Source: Diplonema japonicum (lineage: Eukaryota; Protista; Euglenozoa: Diplonemea). Taken from it: a DNA stretch of 64,000 bases. This document shows, one piece after another, positions 44,501 to 54,500 of the stretch. Made by a program: the position numbers and the translations under genes. Positions within the stretch are counted from its first letter, which is position 1; every line of letters starts with the position of its first letter. Under the pieces are notes generated by a model that was given only the letters and a program-made list of their open reading frames with translations, did no database searches and was not told the DNA's origin. The stretch covers positions 372,001 through 436,000 of the forward strand of contig OZ025689.1 of the NCBI GenBank assembly GCA_964019335.1. The letters are read 5' to 3'.

Positions 44501-47500
44501 GGCCTCGACAAACTCTTGCAAGTTGACAGAAGATGTCTGGGCAGAGAACGACATCCCGCAAGACTGCCACGGGGCGTTCGGGTCTTCCGACCGAAGTACA
44601 TCGTTCATGACATAGCCCACTGCGGCGGATTTCCCGACACCCGTTACACCATTCACGAGCACGTGCTTGTTCACCGACAGCAGATACGTCAAGTGCTGTC
44701 GGAGGATGGCTGTGTCGGGTGTCTGCACAAGCATCTCGAAGTAAGCCTTCTCTCGGAAATACCTGAAGTTAGGTACCTTGTATTCCCATGGGACGAACGT
44801 GTTGCCTCCTTTGTGCACTACGTACGTGTAGCAAGACCCAGAGGTGGGGAATTTCGCATCTGGGAAAGTCTTCTGAATCTGTGTTTGCATGAAGGCATCC
44901 ATCTTCGGCCGTGTGGCGTCTGCCACGTTTCCTCCCAAGGACCATATGTACGACATGATGAAGAACTTGTCGAACAGGACCTTGTCCTCTACCGAAGATT
45001 TAATGGGCTTCGAGATTTTTTTCCTCCCGATGTCGACGCACTCCCCTCCGAGGGACTCCGCGTCGGCTTCAACGTTGTCGCCGTCATCTTCTTCAGTCCA
45101 GTTGTGGCAGTAGGCTTGGAGAAGCTTGCAGAGACTGATTACAAGCTGGGAGTCCAGAGTGATGATGTACTCACTGCATTCTTTTCTCAGGAAGGCGAGC
45201 GTGGGGGCAATGATTTGCTTGAGCACTTCGATCAGCCGTTCGTGGCACCATTTGCTGCCGTACTGGTTCTGTTTCACGACGTTGTCTGAAAAGGATTTGG
45301 CCAATGGGTACCACCCGCCGTCTAGGTAGAAGGGTTCCATGTAGACCATACCACAACGGGAGACAGTCGCGGGCGAGGCGACACGAAGGTCTTGGACCTC
45401 GAACATGATGGAGATAGTATCGGGTATCTTGATACGCTCACCGTTGACAAGGCAGAGAAGCTTGTTGTCGTCCAGCACTGTGTTCATGTTTTCAATCCAA
45501 ATGGCGTCGACGGGTCCGTCGAAACAGATCCAGTTCCTGTCGGGGGGCGGCGACCTTGTCGGGTCCACCAGCAGCCTTGCAATGTTCGACAGCACACCAT
45601 CACTCCACTCCCTCGTCGCTGGGTTGATATCGCCGTACATCTCTCCCATCGATATCGATTTCGGGTTCAGCCTGTAAACCGTTGTCTTGTTTATAAACCT
45701 GTTGTCTGCGATTTTCGCCGGGTCCGACTCTTTCTTCAATTTTTGTAATGCGTCTTTTAGCACCATTGCGTTTGTTGTCTTCCCGGACAGTGATGCCCCA
45801 ACAAGCATCACGCCATGGCGCACCACCATAGTTTCGTACAGCTGCATCAGTTTCTCTACAAAGGATTTGACCACTTGCTTCCCCGTCTCTGTCAATACTG
45901 TTTCAATGGCCTTTACTAGGTCTGCGTTGATGGCCTCTTTGATCTTCACAGTGGGGAACAGATCTTGGATCAGCGCCATGAACAGTGTTGTGTCCTCGCG
46001 GAGGAACTTGGGTACGTTGGCGTCTCGCATGGCCCTGATGAGCAACATGTCTTCTTCTGCGTCAGGGTCGCTTCTCTTCAGAGAGCCCGCCATCACAAGA
46101 ATGGATTTTACAGCCCTCATACCAAAGTCGTAGTGGTCCTGCTTTGATAATTGTTGCGAGCTGAGGTTGTATAGTTGCACCATCTTTTGAGCGAGGGATT
46201 TGGAATCGGCGAAGCCCTCGGCGTAGAACATGATTTCCGCGATGAGCGCGTAGTCGGGGATCATCATGCAGATGGGTCGGAACAGTGCCTTCAAGTTGTC
46301 CGGAAGCTCTGTCCGTCCTGCGTACCCGGGATTCATCGTGATAAAGACACCGAAGTTTTTGTTGAGCTTCATCTTATGCCCGTCGAAGATCATGGAGTCT
46401 TTGCCCTCTGCGATGGCGAGAGTCACCTCAAGCATCTGCTGCGCGACAACGGACAAGACTTCGATGTCGATACGGTTGAACTCGTCGAAGCAGGCCCATG
46501 CACCGGCCTGCGCTAGACCGGCGAACATCTGTGACATCATCTTGTAGTTCAAACCGTCGGAGCAGTTAAAGACAACCACCTGCCTTGCCAGCGCCTTGCC
46601 AAGATCCTTCACCGACTCGGTCTTCCCGGTCCCTGCAGGTCCCTGAGGAGCCGCTCCGAGGTTCATCGCCAACGCGCCTGTACATGTCAAAAAGGCCCTC
46701 TCCGTCAACGGTGTGATGACCAAACGAGGCTGGTTCCCAAGGTACTCGTAACCATATAAAACGTAAGCGCTGGAGTGTCCAATCCAACAGTCTTTGGGTT
46801 CGCCTTCCACGTTGTTGTCCGTCCAGTAATAACGAAGCTGTTTCTGCCAGTTGAAGTCATCGACTCTGGTGCACTTGTCTTCTTTCAGGTTCTCCATCAC
46901 ACTCCTCGCGTGGACATCGACGACAAGAAGACAGCACACCAGCGTTCTCTTCAGCGAGGTGAGGTCTGTCTTCACGAGTTCCACGGTTTTCAGAATCTGC
47001 TCCCCGTACCCATTGTAGTACTCGCTCAGCTTTTCAGGCTCGCTGTGGTTGGTCATCCTGTCCCAAACTTCCTCGAGCTCAGACGTCCAATATATGACGT
47101 CTACACAACTGACGCACTGGGCAGGGTGCTGGAAGTACCATTCTTCGCGTGTGGACTGCGGGTATGTTTCGTACGCGTGCTTCATTTTGTCGTATAAGGA
47201 TTTTCTCATGTTCCTTTCTATCTCTCCCAGCCAGTGTTCCACATTTCCTGTTGCCTTCACTATGTTGGTGAACTCGACGACCTCCCCCTCCGAGGATATC
47301 ATCGCAGAGATCTCCGTGTTGTCCGGCGGGTTCGCGAAGTTCAACGACTTCATGTTGTCGAAGCATTTCTGCAGATGTTTGCAAACCTGCAGCGGGTTCC
47401 TCACGTCCGATAGGATCTCCAGCAGCTCGTCGTTCGACAAGAAATAGAACCTCGGGAAGGCCGACCGTTTCGTCTCAAGGTAGTCCTCAAGCTTCTTCTG

Positions 47501-50500
47501 CACCCTGTCGAGAATCTCATTGCCGCGCGTTAACATCTTAAGGGTCTCTTTATCAGAGGCAATATGGATGATTTTAGGGTTCTGATGGGCTTTTTCCATT
47601 AGCATTTTAAACTCTTGGTCGATCCTGTCGAAAGACCTGCTCTCCTCTGGGAGTTGTTTTTTGATGTCATCTGACGAGAAGATGAATTCCAGGTACATCC
47701 ACGCCTTCTGGAGATTGATCCATTCGTCGAGAACCTCTGCTGTAGTGCGGAGCTTTTCTTCCCACTCTTCGACCTCGTTGCGGATTCCTGCAACCCAGCG
47801 AGACGCGAGGCAGGTTTGAATGGACACTTGGTTGTCCTCGAGCTTTTCGATGGTCTCGTCAAGCCCGCCAAGTATGTAGATGCCCTCTTGGTCACGGTGG
47901 TTCTTGATGATGAATTCCAGACCATTTGCAGGGTCTTCCCATACGTTTTTGATGACATCCAGATCCCTCTGCACCCCCCATTCGCCTGTCGCGATGCTTG
48001 ACACGTTCTGCACTGTCTCAAGGTGTTGGAACGCACCCATCGCCTTCATGCTGTCCAACGTCCTCTCTAGTGGTGCTTTCTTCCCCATCCCTTCGAAGAT
48101 TTGTTCCCAGTGGCGTTCCTTCAGCGCTTTGTTCCCCAACGCTTCCATGGCAGGCAGGTGCTGTTTTTCCGCGCCTACTAAGTTCAGAAGCTTCTCGGTC
48201 ACCCCGTCGCCGTCTGCCTTGTTGATCTTGTACGACTTGGCGTACAGCTCTTCGATGTACTGCTTCACCTCCCCCATCTCCAGGCGGTCCAGTGGTGTCG
48301 ACCCCCATGTTCTCTTCTTCTCTTCCCATTTTGCAAGTGAGCTCCACAATTCATGTTTTTCAGCGTACGCTTTCTCAGCTTGTATGAACGACGGTGATGG
48401 TCCGGGTGGAGGAAGGTCGAACAGAGCCTGCCAGTCTTGCAGGGTGTCCGTCCATGTTTTGATGGCCTTCAGTTGTTGGCTTACAGCGCCAAGCTTGACT
48501 TCCAAGATAAACTGCGCGGGTGATTTAGGGTTCTTGTAATCGCTCTTCGGGTCTGTCAGCTCCTTGTGGATCCCGACGAGCTTCTTGTTCTCATCCTCGA
48601 CAGCTTCCTTCAGTTGTGCGATCATGGGGCCGATCTCCTTCTTCCTACGCTCCTTCGAGGTCTCGATCATGCTGTTGAACTTCTCACGTTCGTCGATCAT
48701 GTCATTGCGTGCGCCCAGCTGTAGATACAGGATGCTGAAGTTCGTCTGGTCAGCGACCTTGAAGAGCTCCTCGATGGCGTCGACTTCTTGGTTGACCTTC
48801 TGCTGCTTCTCGTAGATGATGTTGCAGTGGCCCACCCACTCTGCAAAGTACTTCAGTGGCGTGATCCTCTTGTCCTCTAAGCGGTACTTCATCGTCTCAA
48901 GGGACTGGGACCCTTCCTTCTCGTACGCCTGTCGTGTGATCTCCTGTGCCCTCTTTGTTGCAAGGTCTAGCAGGTTTGTCTTGATCTGGTCGAGGATGGC
49001 CTCGAGAGGCTGGATCAGTTCCGCCGTGAGCTTCTTGATGGAGGTATGGAGGATGCCGTGGTCGGCATCATGCATCCTCTCCAAGTCGGCTTTGAAGGTG
49101 CTCTTCACGCGTTTAATATACTTCACGAAGTCAGCTGCTGTAAGGCTGTCCCGTTCGACTTGCCACCTCTTTGATTCTGTCTTCCACTCTTCGTCAATGA
49201 AGTGCTTGCAGCTCCTGCAGCCCTTGTACTCCAGTGATGCTGTCTGCGCTCTCTCGAAACACTGCCCTAGCACCTGTTCCAGCTCTACTTGCAAGTTCTG
49301 GAATTTTGCGTCCTCTTTCAAAATTGTTTCCAGTGGTGTGAGCTCCGGTTGCCTGTGCAACACCTTGTCCTTCATCTGGTCTTCGATGACTCTTGGCAGG
49401 CGTATCACGCTGTCCGCCTCCTTCACGATGGACAATAGAAGCTGCTTGAACGAATCTTGCAGTTGCTGGTGTGTGGGCACGAGCATGAGGTATTTTTGAG
49501 GGTCGAACTGACATGTTATCTCGAATGTCACCAACAGTTCGCGCGACCTCTCGGGAAGCTTCTCGTGCTCGACAAACGCCTCTATCTGTGCCAGCGTGCT
49601 CTTGTACATGTTCTCCGCCACCATGTAGTCGCACAGCCGCACGAAGTTCCCGATGAAGTCGTACTCGATCATCACTTTCTTCAGTGCACGCTTCCGTTCC
49701 TGCTTCTCCGCTTCACGTTCTGCTTTGTACAGCATGCCCTTGTCCCCAGGCACCATGGAGTGCGCGGAGAGGTATTCTTCCAGCTTCTCCATTGTCTGGA
49801 TGTCAGGGACGTGCGCGGCGTGCGCGATTCTTTTGCACAGTGCTGTCAGTTTATCTTTCATCCTGTTCATGATGTCTGCGTACTCCGCCTCGGCAAGGTC
49901 GCGCTGCTCGTTTTGCTTGTCCTTGAACTCTTTAAGATCGTAGTGCACACGCTGTGCGAAGGTGAGGAACAGGAGCGTTGTGCTCTGGGCAGTGATGGTT
50001 TGGTACGCGGCCTGGTCGGGTACGGGCTGGCCGTTTATACTAACAAGCCGCCATTCCTTCTGCGCGAGGAGCTTCTCTATGGAAGTACGTTGTGCGGGGC
50101 CCTGCGACATCCCGACCAGCACCATGGCGGGTGAGAACTGCAGACCAAGAGGCTCGGCAGGGCCACGAGTGATTTGTATCTCCGTAATGGGATAGTTGAT
50201 GAGCGAAGGACCACGCAAGTCAAAGGCCAGCTTGTGCATATCAGCAAGCGGTGCCGCAAAGGTATTCTTCGATAGGAACAGCCTCTTGCAGCAACGAGTG
50301 CGCGCTTGCAGGAACAGACCGTATCTGATATTGTTCTTCCATTGCACAAACGCCTTACGGGTTAAGTAGCCCTTGAAGAAGGGAAGTTGTGTCAATTTGT
50401 CAAACTGGATGGTTTCTTTAGTCCATTCTGCCGTGGAGAAAAGTTCAGGCGGGGTGAAGGGGAGGACATGGACCACACCCTTCACCGAGACCACCCAGTG

Positions 50501-50731
50501 GTCGGGCTCCTGCTCCCCACGGAGTACCACCTGTAGGTCATACGGCCTGTACTTCAACGTTCCTCGACTGTTGTTGCAATACACAAATTTAAAAGGAGGC
50601 GCTGTTGTTGTGTTAAAGTAGTCGATTGCGTGAAGGGCCGTTCTCAACCTCCTTGCTGGCTCTTTCGGTTCTTCGAGGGCTGGAAGAGTGCCTGGCTTGC
50701 TGGGTATGTAGGCAACATGCCCAGGTGGCAT
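38534..50731 (-). CDS. Axonemal dynein heavy chain, inner-arm DNAH6-like, intronless, 4065 aa
   Basis: FPRFYFLSNDELLEILS. P-loops GPAGTGKT, GASLSGKT, GVTGVGKS, GVGGSGR. Stalk coiled coil with MTBD. The N-terminal YRPYDLQVV motif resembles DNAH6 as I recall it. Confidence 0.95.
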   Translation of the reverse strand: MPPGHVAYIPSKPGTLPALEEPKEPARRLRTALHAIDYFNTTTAPPFKFVYCNNSRGTLKYRPYDLQVVLRGEQEPDHWVVSVKGVVHVLPFTPPELFSTAEWTKETIQFDKLTQLPFFKGYLTRKAFVQWKNNIRYGLFLQARTRCCKRLFLSKNTFAAPLADMHKLAFDLRGPSLINYPITEIQITRGPAEPLGLQFSPAMVLVGMSQGPAQRTSIEKLLAQKEWRLVSINGQPVPDQAAYQTITAQSTTLLFLTFAQRVHYDLKEFKDKQNEQRDLAEAEYADIMNRMKDKLTALCKRIAHAAHVPDIQTMEKLEEYLSAHSMVPGDKGMLYKAEREAEKQERKRALKKVMIEYDFIGNFVRLCDYMVAENMYKSTLAQIEAFVEHEKLPERSRELLVTFEITCQFDPQKYLMLVPTHQQLQDSFKQLLLSIVKEADSVIRLPRVIEDQMKDKVLHRQPELTPLETILKEDAKFQNLQVELEQVLGQCFERAQTASLEYKGCRSCKHFIDEEWKTESKRWQVERDSLTAADFVKYIKRVKSTFKADLERMHDADHGILHTSIKKLTAELIQPLEAILDQIKTNLLDLATKRAQEITRQAYEKEGSQSLETMKYRLEDKRITPLKYFAEWVGHCNIIYEKQQKVNQEVDAIEELFKVADQTNFSILYLQLGARNDMIDEREKFNSMIETSKERRKKEIGPMIAQLKEAVEDENKKLVGIHKELTDPKSDYKNPKSPAQFILEVKLGAVSQQLKAIKTWTDTLQDWQALFDLPPPGPSPSFIQAEKAYAEKHELWSSLAKWEEKKRTWGSTPLDRLEMGEVKQYIEELYAKSYKINKADGDGVTEKLLNLVGAEKQHLPAMEALGNKALKERHWEQIFEGMGKKAPLERTLDSMKAMGAFQHLETVQNVSSIATGEWGVQRDLDVIKNVWEDPANGLEFIIKNHRDQEGIYILGGLDETIEKLEDNQVSIQTCLASRWVAGIRNEVEEWEEKLRTTAEVLDEWINLQKAWMYLEFIFSSDDIKKQLPEESRSFDRIDQEFKMLMEKAHQNPKIIHIASDKETLKMLTRGNEILDRVQKKLEDYLETKRSAFPRFYFLSNDELLEILSDVRNPLQVCKHLQKCFDNMKSLNFANPPDNTEISAMISSEGEVVEFTNIVKATGNVEHWLGEIERNMRKSLYDKMKHAYETYPQSTREEWYFQHPAQCVSCVDVIYWTSELEEVWDRMTNHSEPEKLSEYYNGYGEQILKTVELVKTDLTSLKRTLVCCLLVVDVHARSVMENLKEDKCTRVDDFNWQKQLRYYWTDNNVEGEPKDCWIGHSSAYVLYGYEYLGNQPRLVITPLTERAFLTCTGALAMNLGAAPQGPAGTGKTESVKDLGKALARQVVVFNCSDGLNYKMMSQMFAGLAQAGAWACFDEFNRIDIEVLSVVAQQMLEVTLAIAEGKDSMIFDGHKMKLNKNFGVFITMNPGYAGRTELPDNLKALFRPICMMIPDYALIAEIMFYAEGFADSKSLAQKMVQLYNLSSQQLSKQDHYDFGMRAVKSILVMAGSLKRSDPDAEEDMLLIRAMRDANVPKFLREDTTLFMALIQDLFPTVKIKEAINADLVKAIETVLTETGKQVVKSFVEKLMQLYETMVVRHGVMLVGASLSGKTTNAMVLKDALQKLKKESDPAKIADNRFINKTTVYRLNPKSISMGEMYGDINPATREWSDGVLSNIARLLVDPTRSPPPDRNWICFDGPVDAIWIENMNTVLDDNKLLCLVNGERIKIPDTISIMFEVQDLRVASPATVSRCGMVYMEPFYLDGGWYPLAKSFSDNVVKQNQYGSKWCHERLIEVLKQIIAPTLAFLRKECSEYIITLDSQLVISLCKLLQAYCHNWTEEDDGDNVEADAESLGGECVDIGRKKISKPIKSSVEDKVLFDKFFIMSYIWSLGGNVADATRPKMDAFMQTQIQKTFPDAKFPTSGSCYTYVVHKGGNTFVPWEYKVPNFRYFREKAYFEMLVQTPDTAILRQHLTYLLSVNKHVLVNGVTGVGKSAAVGYVMNDVLRSEDPNAPWQSCGMSFSAQTSSVNLQEFVEANLTKKKNTLLGAAPGKRCIILVDDANMPEPEKYGASPPLELLRQMLQRGAIPSGESEGGFFDRKKKDLYKDIRDVVCVTCCGPPGGGKHEMTQRLTTLFHCLVIPQLSVDSMSSIFTSILSGFLATFSNEVKGLGLKVVNATIEVFQRISTEMLPTPLKIHYTFNLRDLSKVIQGILMLSPDHLTTVEDMARVFCHEASRVFHDRLINEEDRLWWWKCVGETVKKNLGIGVDDSWSKMLYGDWGDTKNDAYKRITDMKSIQELLNDFQVDFGVQTSKEIDLVMFDDAIQHLTRMCRMLRQPRGNALLVGVGGSGRHSITELAAFICQQKCFQISVSRGYDIPQFREDLKGLLLEAGCSGKSVVFLFADTQIVREQFLEDINNVLNVGDVPNIYLTEDYERIINATREKCSSDNRRSIIRHYIQLVRDNLHVIFCVSPIGDQFRSRLRMFPSLVNCMTIDWYTKWPSEALKQVANHLFTKPKGGGCAETVKKYEAKLSEMCVTMHTTIEDQSEDMYNSLKRRNYTTPTSYLSLLASYLTMLEASMSDTDQQLSRFQSGLDKLASTSTMVEKLKKDLQDMQPKLEKASKEAEIQGKEIARGKEAAGKVKAIVEVEEAKCKKIMDEAEVIRADCQAGLDKAMPVFFQAQEALKTLEKKDIDQIKSYAKPPEAVEKTMNAVILLLGAAKLDWATAKQFMADTRFFKKLEEFDKDNIDKKIINKLQAFIKDQGFTPEIIGQSSNPCKSMCMWCRAIDNYYWVTRDLGPKKAALSVAEAKLQAAKAELDVKQSELNESNMKVAKLEKDAEETIAKKESLEEQKRQAMAKLDRADQLLGGLAGEAGRWKENVAALEKSKNMLVGTMLLASGCVAYIGPFPSKFRKEIVAKWTERCHDLDIPVTEGFSLDSITSQVTARQWSLWGLPLDQFSVENGTILDRSQRWCLMIDPQGQANNFVKKKERDNQLKVLKMTQDKFMQQLEQNIRIGRPVLLENIGEELDASLDPVLLKQTYKSGGRLVIKLGENEVDYDENFRLYLTTKMPNPTYSPELQIKVAIVNFTVTTKGLEDQLLNDVVAVERADLAESKDKVVVQIADGQKTLKDIQDKILQMLADATGDILDNLELIQTLSDSKVTSIEVSTALSKAEVTSAEIQTAAEKYRPVATRGSLLYATIADIANIDHMYQYSLVFYKSLFVQAIQKTPPADNVEQRISELVPVITFASFNAICRGLFEKDKIIFAFLMTYHIFKSSGEILQEEWDLFLRGSAGSKGKVPPKPDHVQWTTAWEDLCALSVLKELESLPNDVINAPGWKEWMVAPNPQDEEYPGVAKDYSEWHKLLILKSLRPEKCLFGIPKLVRHMMSKKYTESPPFKLSEAFDDSNNITPIIFVLSTGTDPTTIFTSFAKSQGWDPTKLPMLSLGQDQGPKAQAMIEKARNDGEWVYLQNCHVYTSWMPTLEKIMEDLVDKAGSNQVHPNFRLWLTSNPAASFPVSVLQLGLKLTREPPKGLRANLKDSFGAISDELWAEQDGKKEMEWKKLIFSLVFFHGLIQERRKFGALGWNIAYEWSGPDLSASIKTLRLCLNNFDEIPWPAVRYTLGVINYGGRVTDFLDTRLLQTFVSKYFSVATFEEEFSYDDKSEYKPPGGEATREEVMDHLESLPLYEDPTLFGLPGNASITFQAKESNAMMSTIINVQPKAGGGGGGGTNSNDETVWAIAEDFMARCPKLVDKEKAHKEVFRITDAGAMISLGTVLIQEIDQFNRLLKALMSSMKELKRAIKGEVVLSAQLEQMYSCFLFGKVPPNWEKVAYLCLKPLQPWFNDMVNRVAAIAEWCYDGMPRCYWLPGLFFPQGFLTGILQTHSRKHTIPIDELKHTATVLSAVTKSELTEYPEDGCNIIGFFMEGAIWDIEARRLAESRPGQLFSEMPALHLVPKRKTTPDIPDTYECPLYKALTRSGILSTTGLSTNYIMNFALPVGDGYTKEHWAFRGTACFCMLNT

Positions 50732-51547
50732 TTTTTTTTCTTTTCTCCCCCTCTCCTTTCGTACCTGTTATGTGTATGGAAGGCCTCGTAAATTCTTTTA
50801 AAAAAAGGGAAACTTTTGACATCGACACGAAAAAATGAAAGAGATTAATAAACAGAACCTAGAAATGAAAAAAAAAATATAACTCCCCCCCCCAAAAAAA
50901 GAAATCTCTTCCCTCTTTTCTTTTATTCTGAAATAAATCGCAAAAAAAAAATATGCTTCTAAAAGGACGATTGAAATAGAAAAATTGTACCTCTCTCTTT
51001 TTTGTTCTTTTTTGTTTTTTTCCCCCCCCTCTCTTCCGTTCTCCAGCTGGGAAAGGGGAAAAAAAAAAAAAACAAAAAACAAGAAGGCAGATGGTTTTAC
51101 CATATCATAAACTCTCTTGTTCTCCTCATGGGGCATTCCCATAATAAAAAACAAGTTTTTTTTTCTCCTTTTTTGTTTTGTTTTGCTTCGCTTCCCCCCC
51201 CCCCCCCCCCCCCGCTTTTTTATTTTCTCCCTCCCCTCTACTTCCTTACCCCGCTCCCCCTTCTGTCATGAATAGGATAAGATACGGGAAAAGAAAAAAA
51301 GAATATATGAGTTAAAGGAGGCCGGTGTTGGCGGCGCCCTGCACAAGAACTGTCAAAGAAAAAGCCCAAAGACAGAAGGGAAGACCAGAATTGGCACATT
51401 TTTCTTTTTTCTTTTTTTTTCTTGGGACAAAGAAATCAACCGGAGGAAGAAAAAAAAAAGAAAAGAAAAAAAAAATCCCCTCTAGAATTTACATAAGTAC
51501 ATTGGGGAGGACAGCTTTTTTTCGGGAAAAAAAAAAAAAAAAAGAGT

Positions 51548-54500
51548 TCAGAGGGAAGGAACGGGGAGTCTGAAATAGTCCGCAAGGAGCTTTGGGGTCA
51601 TGATGCTGACCTTACCGCTACCATCTCCACCTGCGGCCTTGGAAAGAGTCTGTTTTTTTTTTTTTTTTTTTTTGTGCGGGCGATTTTAATTTTACACACC
51701 TCCTCAATCGTATTCTGTATATAAAACCTATACGCCACGACAGGCTTCGTCTGGCTGATTCGGTGGCACCGTCCAATGGCCTGCAGCTCAAGAGCAGGGT
51801 TCAAACAAGGTTCCATGAGAAATACATGATTGGCAGATGTCAGATTCAAACCACAGCTCCCGCTTCGCACCGTGAGGATGAATGCGATGGACGTCTCGTC
51901 GCTAGCGAACTCGCCTGTTGCACGCAGCCTCTGCTGCTGCGTCATCGCCCCAGCGATCTTCTGCGATTTGTACCCCGCCTTCTGGATAGCGGTCTCGATC
52001 ACATGTATGGACTGCTCGAACTGTGCAAATATCACGAATTTTGCAGCAGGGTCCTCCTCTCGAACTTCTTTAATCTTGCTGATCATTGCTTTGATCTTCG
52101 ATCCCTCCTTCGCTTTTAGAAATTTGAAAATATCCTCCGGTTTCCCCTTCGCCCCAGGGTCCTTCGTATTCACCGGTGTCGTTGGTTTAACGGGTTCAGG
52201 TGCCGCCGCTACCGAAGAGTCAGGTTCTACAATAGTCAGTTTTGTCTCGTTCACCAACACTGTCCTGCACATGGGGCATCTGTGCCCTGATGTTGCAATG
52301 GGCACGATGCACCCTATGCAGAACACGTGCCCGCATGGTGTGATGGCGATGTTCTCGCCCGACTGTTCAAAACAAATGGGGCACTCGAACTCTGTCGACG
52401 GCTTCGTGATGATGCTTCTCACGTCTTCTGCAAGCCCCGACGGCAGGCGTTTCAAAACAGTGTCACAAACGTGCTTAATGCTCACCACTGGGAGGTTGGA
52501 GCCTGTGTTGTTTGCATGCGCGGTCCATGACCCACCGGGGCCTCGTCCGACAATCGCTACAGGATCGTACCCTGTGGTGAATGGGTCCACCACGTTGAGG
52601 AAGTGGGATGCGAGCTGTCGTAGCTTTGTTGCGACGGTGTTCCATTTCGTCCACCACCCCTTGCTCCCTTGGAACCCTCCGAGCTCCGTCACCAATGCCG
52701 TGCGTGCTGCGTTGTACACTGCCATCTCTTGTGCGGTGTAGCTGATCTCCACAGACACCTCCGTCTTCGGGGGTATGTCGAGGTACGGTGTTCCGTTCGT
52801 ATATGTCTGCAGCACGCCATGCCGCAGCGAAACGCTTTTGAACCATTTGCATAGATTCTCGTGCGTCCTGTGCGTGTGGGCATTGGTTAGGGGAGGATTG
52901 TACATACACAGTCAGCATCGCGTCGCTGTTGCGGATCCCATACATAGCCCTCGCCAACCCGATCACGTTGGAGTGATTGGCCTGCACAGGCGTTCCAGTC
53001 AGAAGCCACCTGTTCGTGGCACGGAGGTTGGCGGTCACCTTAGCTTGGTTGGTACCTTCGTTGGAAACGAAGTGGATTTCATCAAACAAAATCTGTTATT
53101 TTTTATTTATTTATTTTTTTTTGTTGAAGTTGTGCATACTCTGTGCCACCAGATGTTCAAGAGAGGGCAGGTGCCGTCGGGTTCGAAGCCCTTTTGCACT
53201 CCAAGCATGTCCTTTTTTTTAATTTATTTTTTTATATAACTCGAGCCGGGTTTTCAAGGGTGGGAGTGAAAAATAAGATTTTACTTTATGTCACTCCCAG
53301 CTTTATTTTCACTCCCAGTTTACCTTGAATTAGGCCCAGGAGTGAAATAATGCTCGAGCGTGAAATAATGTAACATTATTTCACTCCTGGGCCTAATTTC
53401 ACCTATTCCACCTAGGTTTAGGGCAAGTTACAGCAAGATCAACGCCATCATCCAACGAAACTTCGGTAAAAAATGCAGAGCTTTCCCAGGGTTGCACTTC
53501 TTTTGAAGAAGGCCATGAGGTGAAAAAAGCTTCGGTGTTTAGTCAGGAACACATGAAAGAGTATCTGGCAATGAAATTCAGCAACAACATAGTGCGTCAG
53601 GCATATGCTGCTTGCATGTTTGGACAAAAGAGTCGCACAAACTGAAATTTAGCGACGTTGTATCTCCCACACCCTGTAACCCAATCCCACTTTTCACTTG
53701 TTGTAACCCTGTAACCTCCCACCCTTTCAAACCCGGCTCTTGTTAAATAAAACAACGTATTAGTGAAAATAAGAGCATTATTCCACTTGTGGTGGCAGGT
53801 TTAACTCGTAGCTTTTTACTTCACTCGCTGCGCTCGTGAAGATCCCTACTCGTTAAACCCCCTGCCACCACGCGTGAAATAATGCTATCTTATTTTCACT
53901 TAATAAATAGCTAATTTTTTTCTTTCAACGTCATACGTAGTTCGTGACAACGAAGTCCACCTCATCGACGGGCATGTCGCTCCTCTTCGCTGCAGGGATC
54001 CCGCTGTGGTAGTCGACGACAGAGACGCCGGAGCCGACCTTGTCTCGGAGCTCCTTCGACCACTGCCCCCACAGCGTGGCCTTTGTGATGATCAGCGTGC
54101 CACCCATGAGCATCCCGCCCATCCTTTTTTTCACGTGTTTCTTCGGGGCCTTCGGCGTGCCCCCGGTAAAGGATTCACCTCGTTTCCTCTTCGACCCCAG
54201 GATGCCTTGGTCGTAGGTGGGGATGACGCAATCGTCGCCTCGAGCACGCGGGCCGTTCACCATGCACACTGCAAGGGACATGACTGTCTTCCCCATACCC
54301 ATCTCCGAGGCAAGCAGCCCACCGTTGACGCTGAATGGCGTCTCACGGAAGTCGCCATACACGTCACTGTAGTAGTACTGCCCCTCTTCGGGCTTGGCAA
54401 AGGACACTGCGTTGTATTTGATCAGAGGGGACCCTCCGTGCTCCCTGTCGATCATCCAGTCTATGGCATGTGCCTGATACGGACGTGGAGTCACCGTCAG

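Noticed and set aside
53328-53905. CRISPR-like or prokaryotic repeat array
   Set aside because: The repeats are inverted and irregular, with no constant repeat-spacer period and no cas genes, and the context is a eukaryotic intron.
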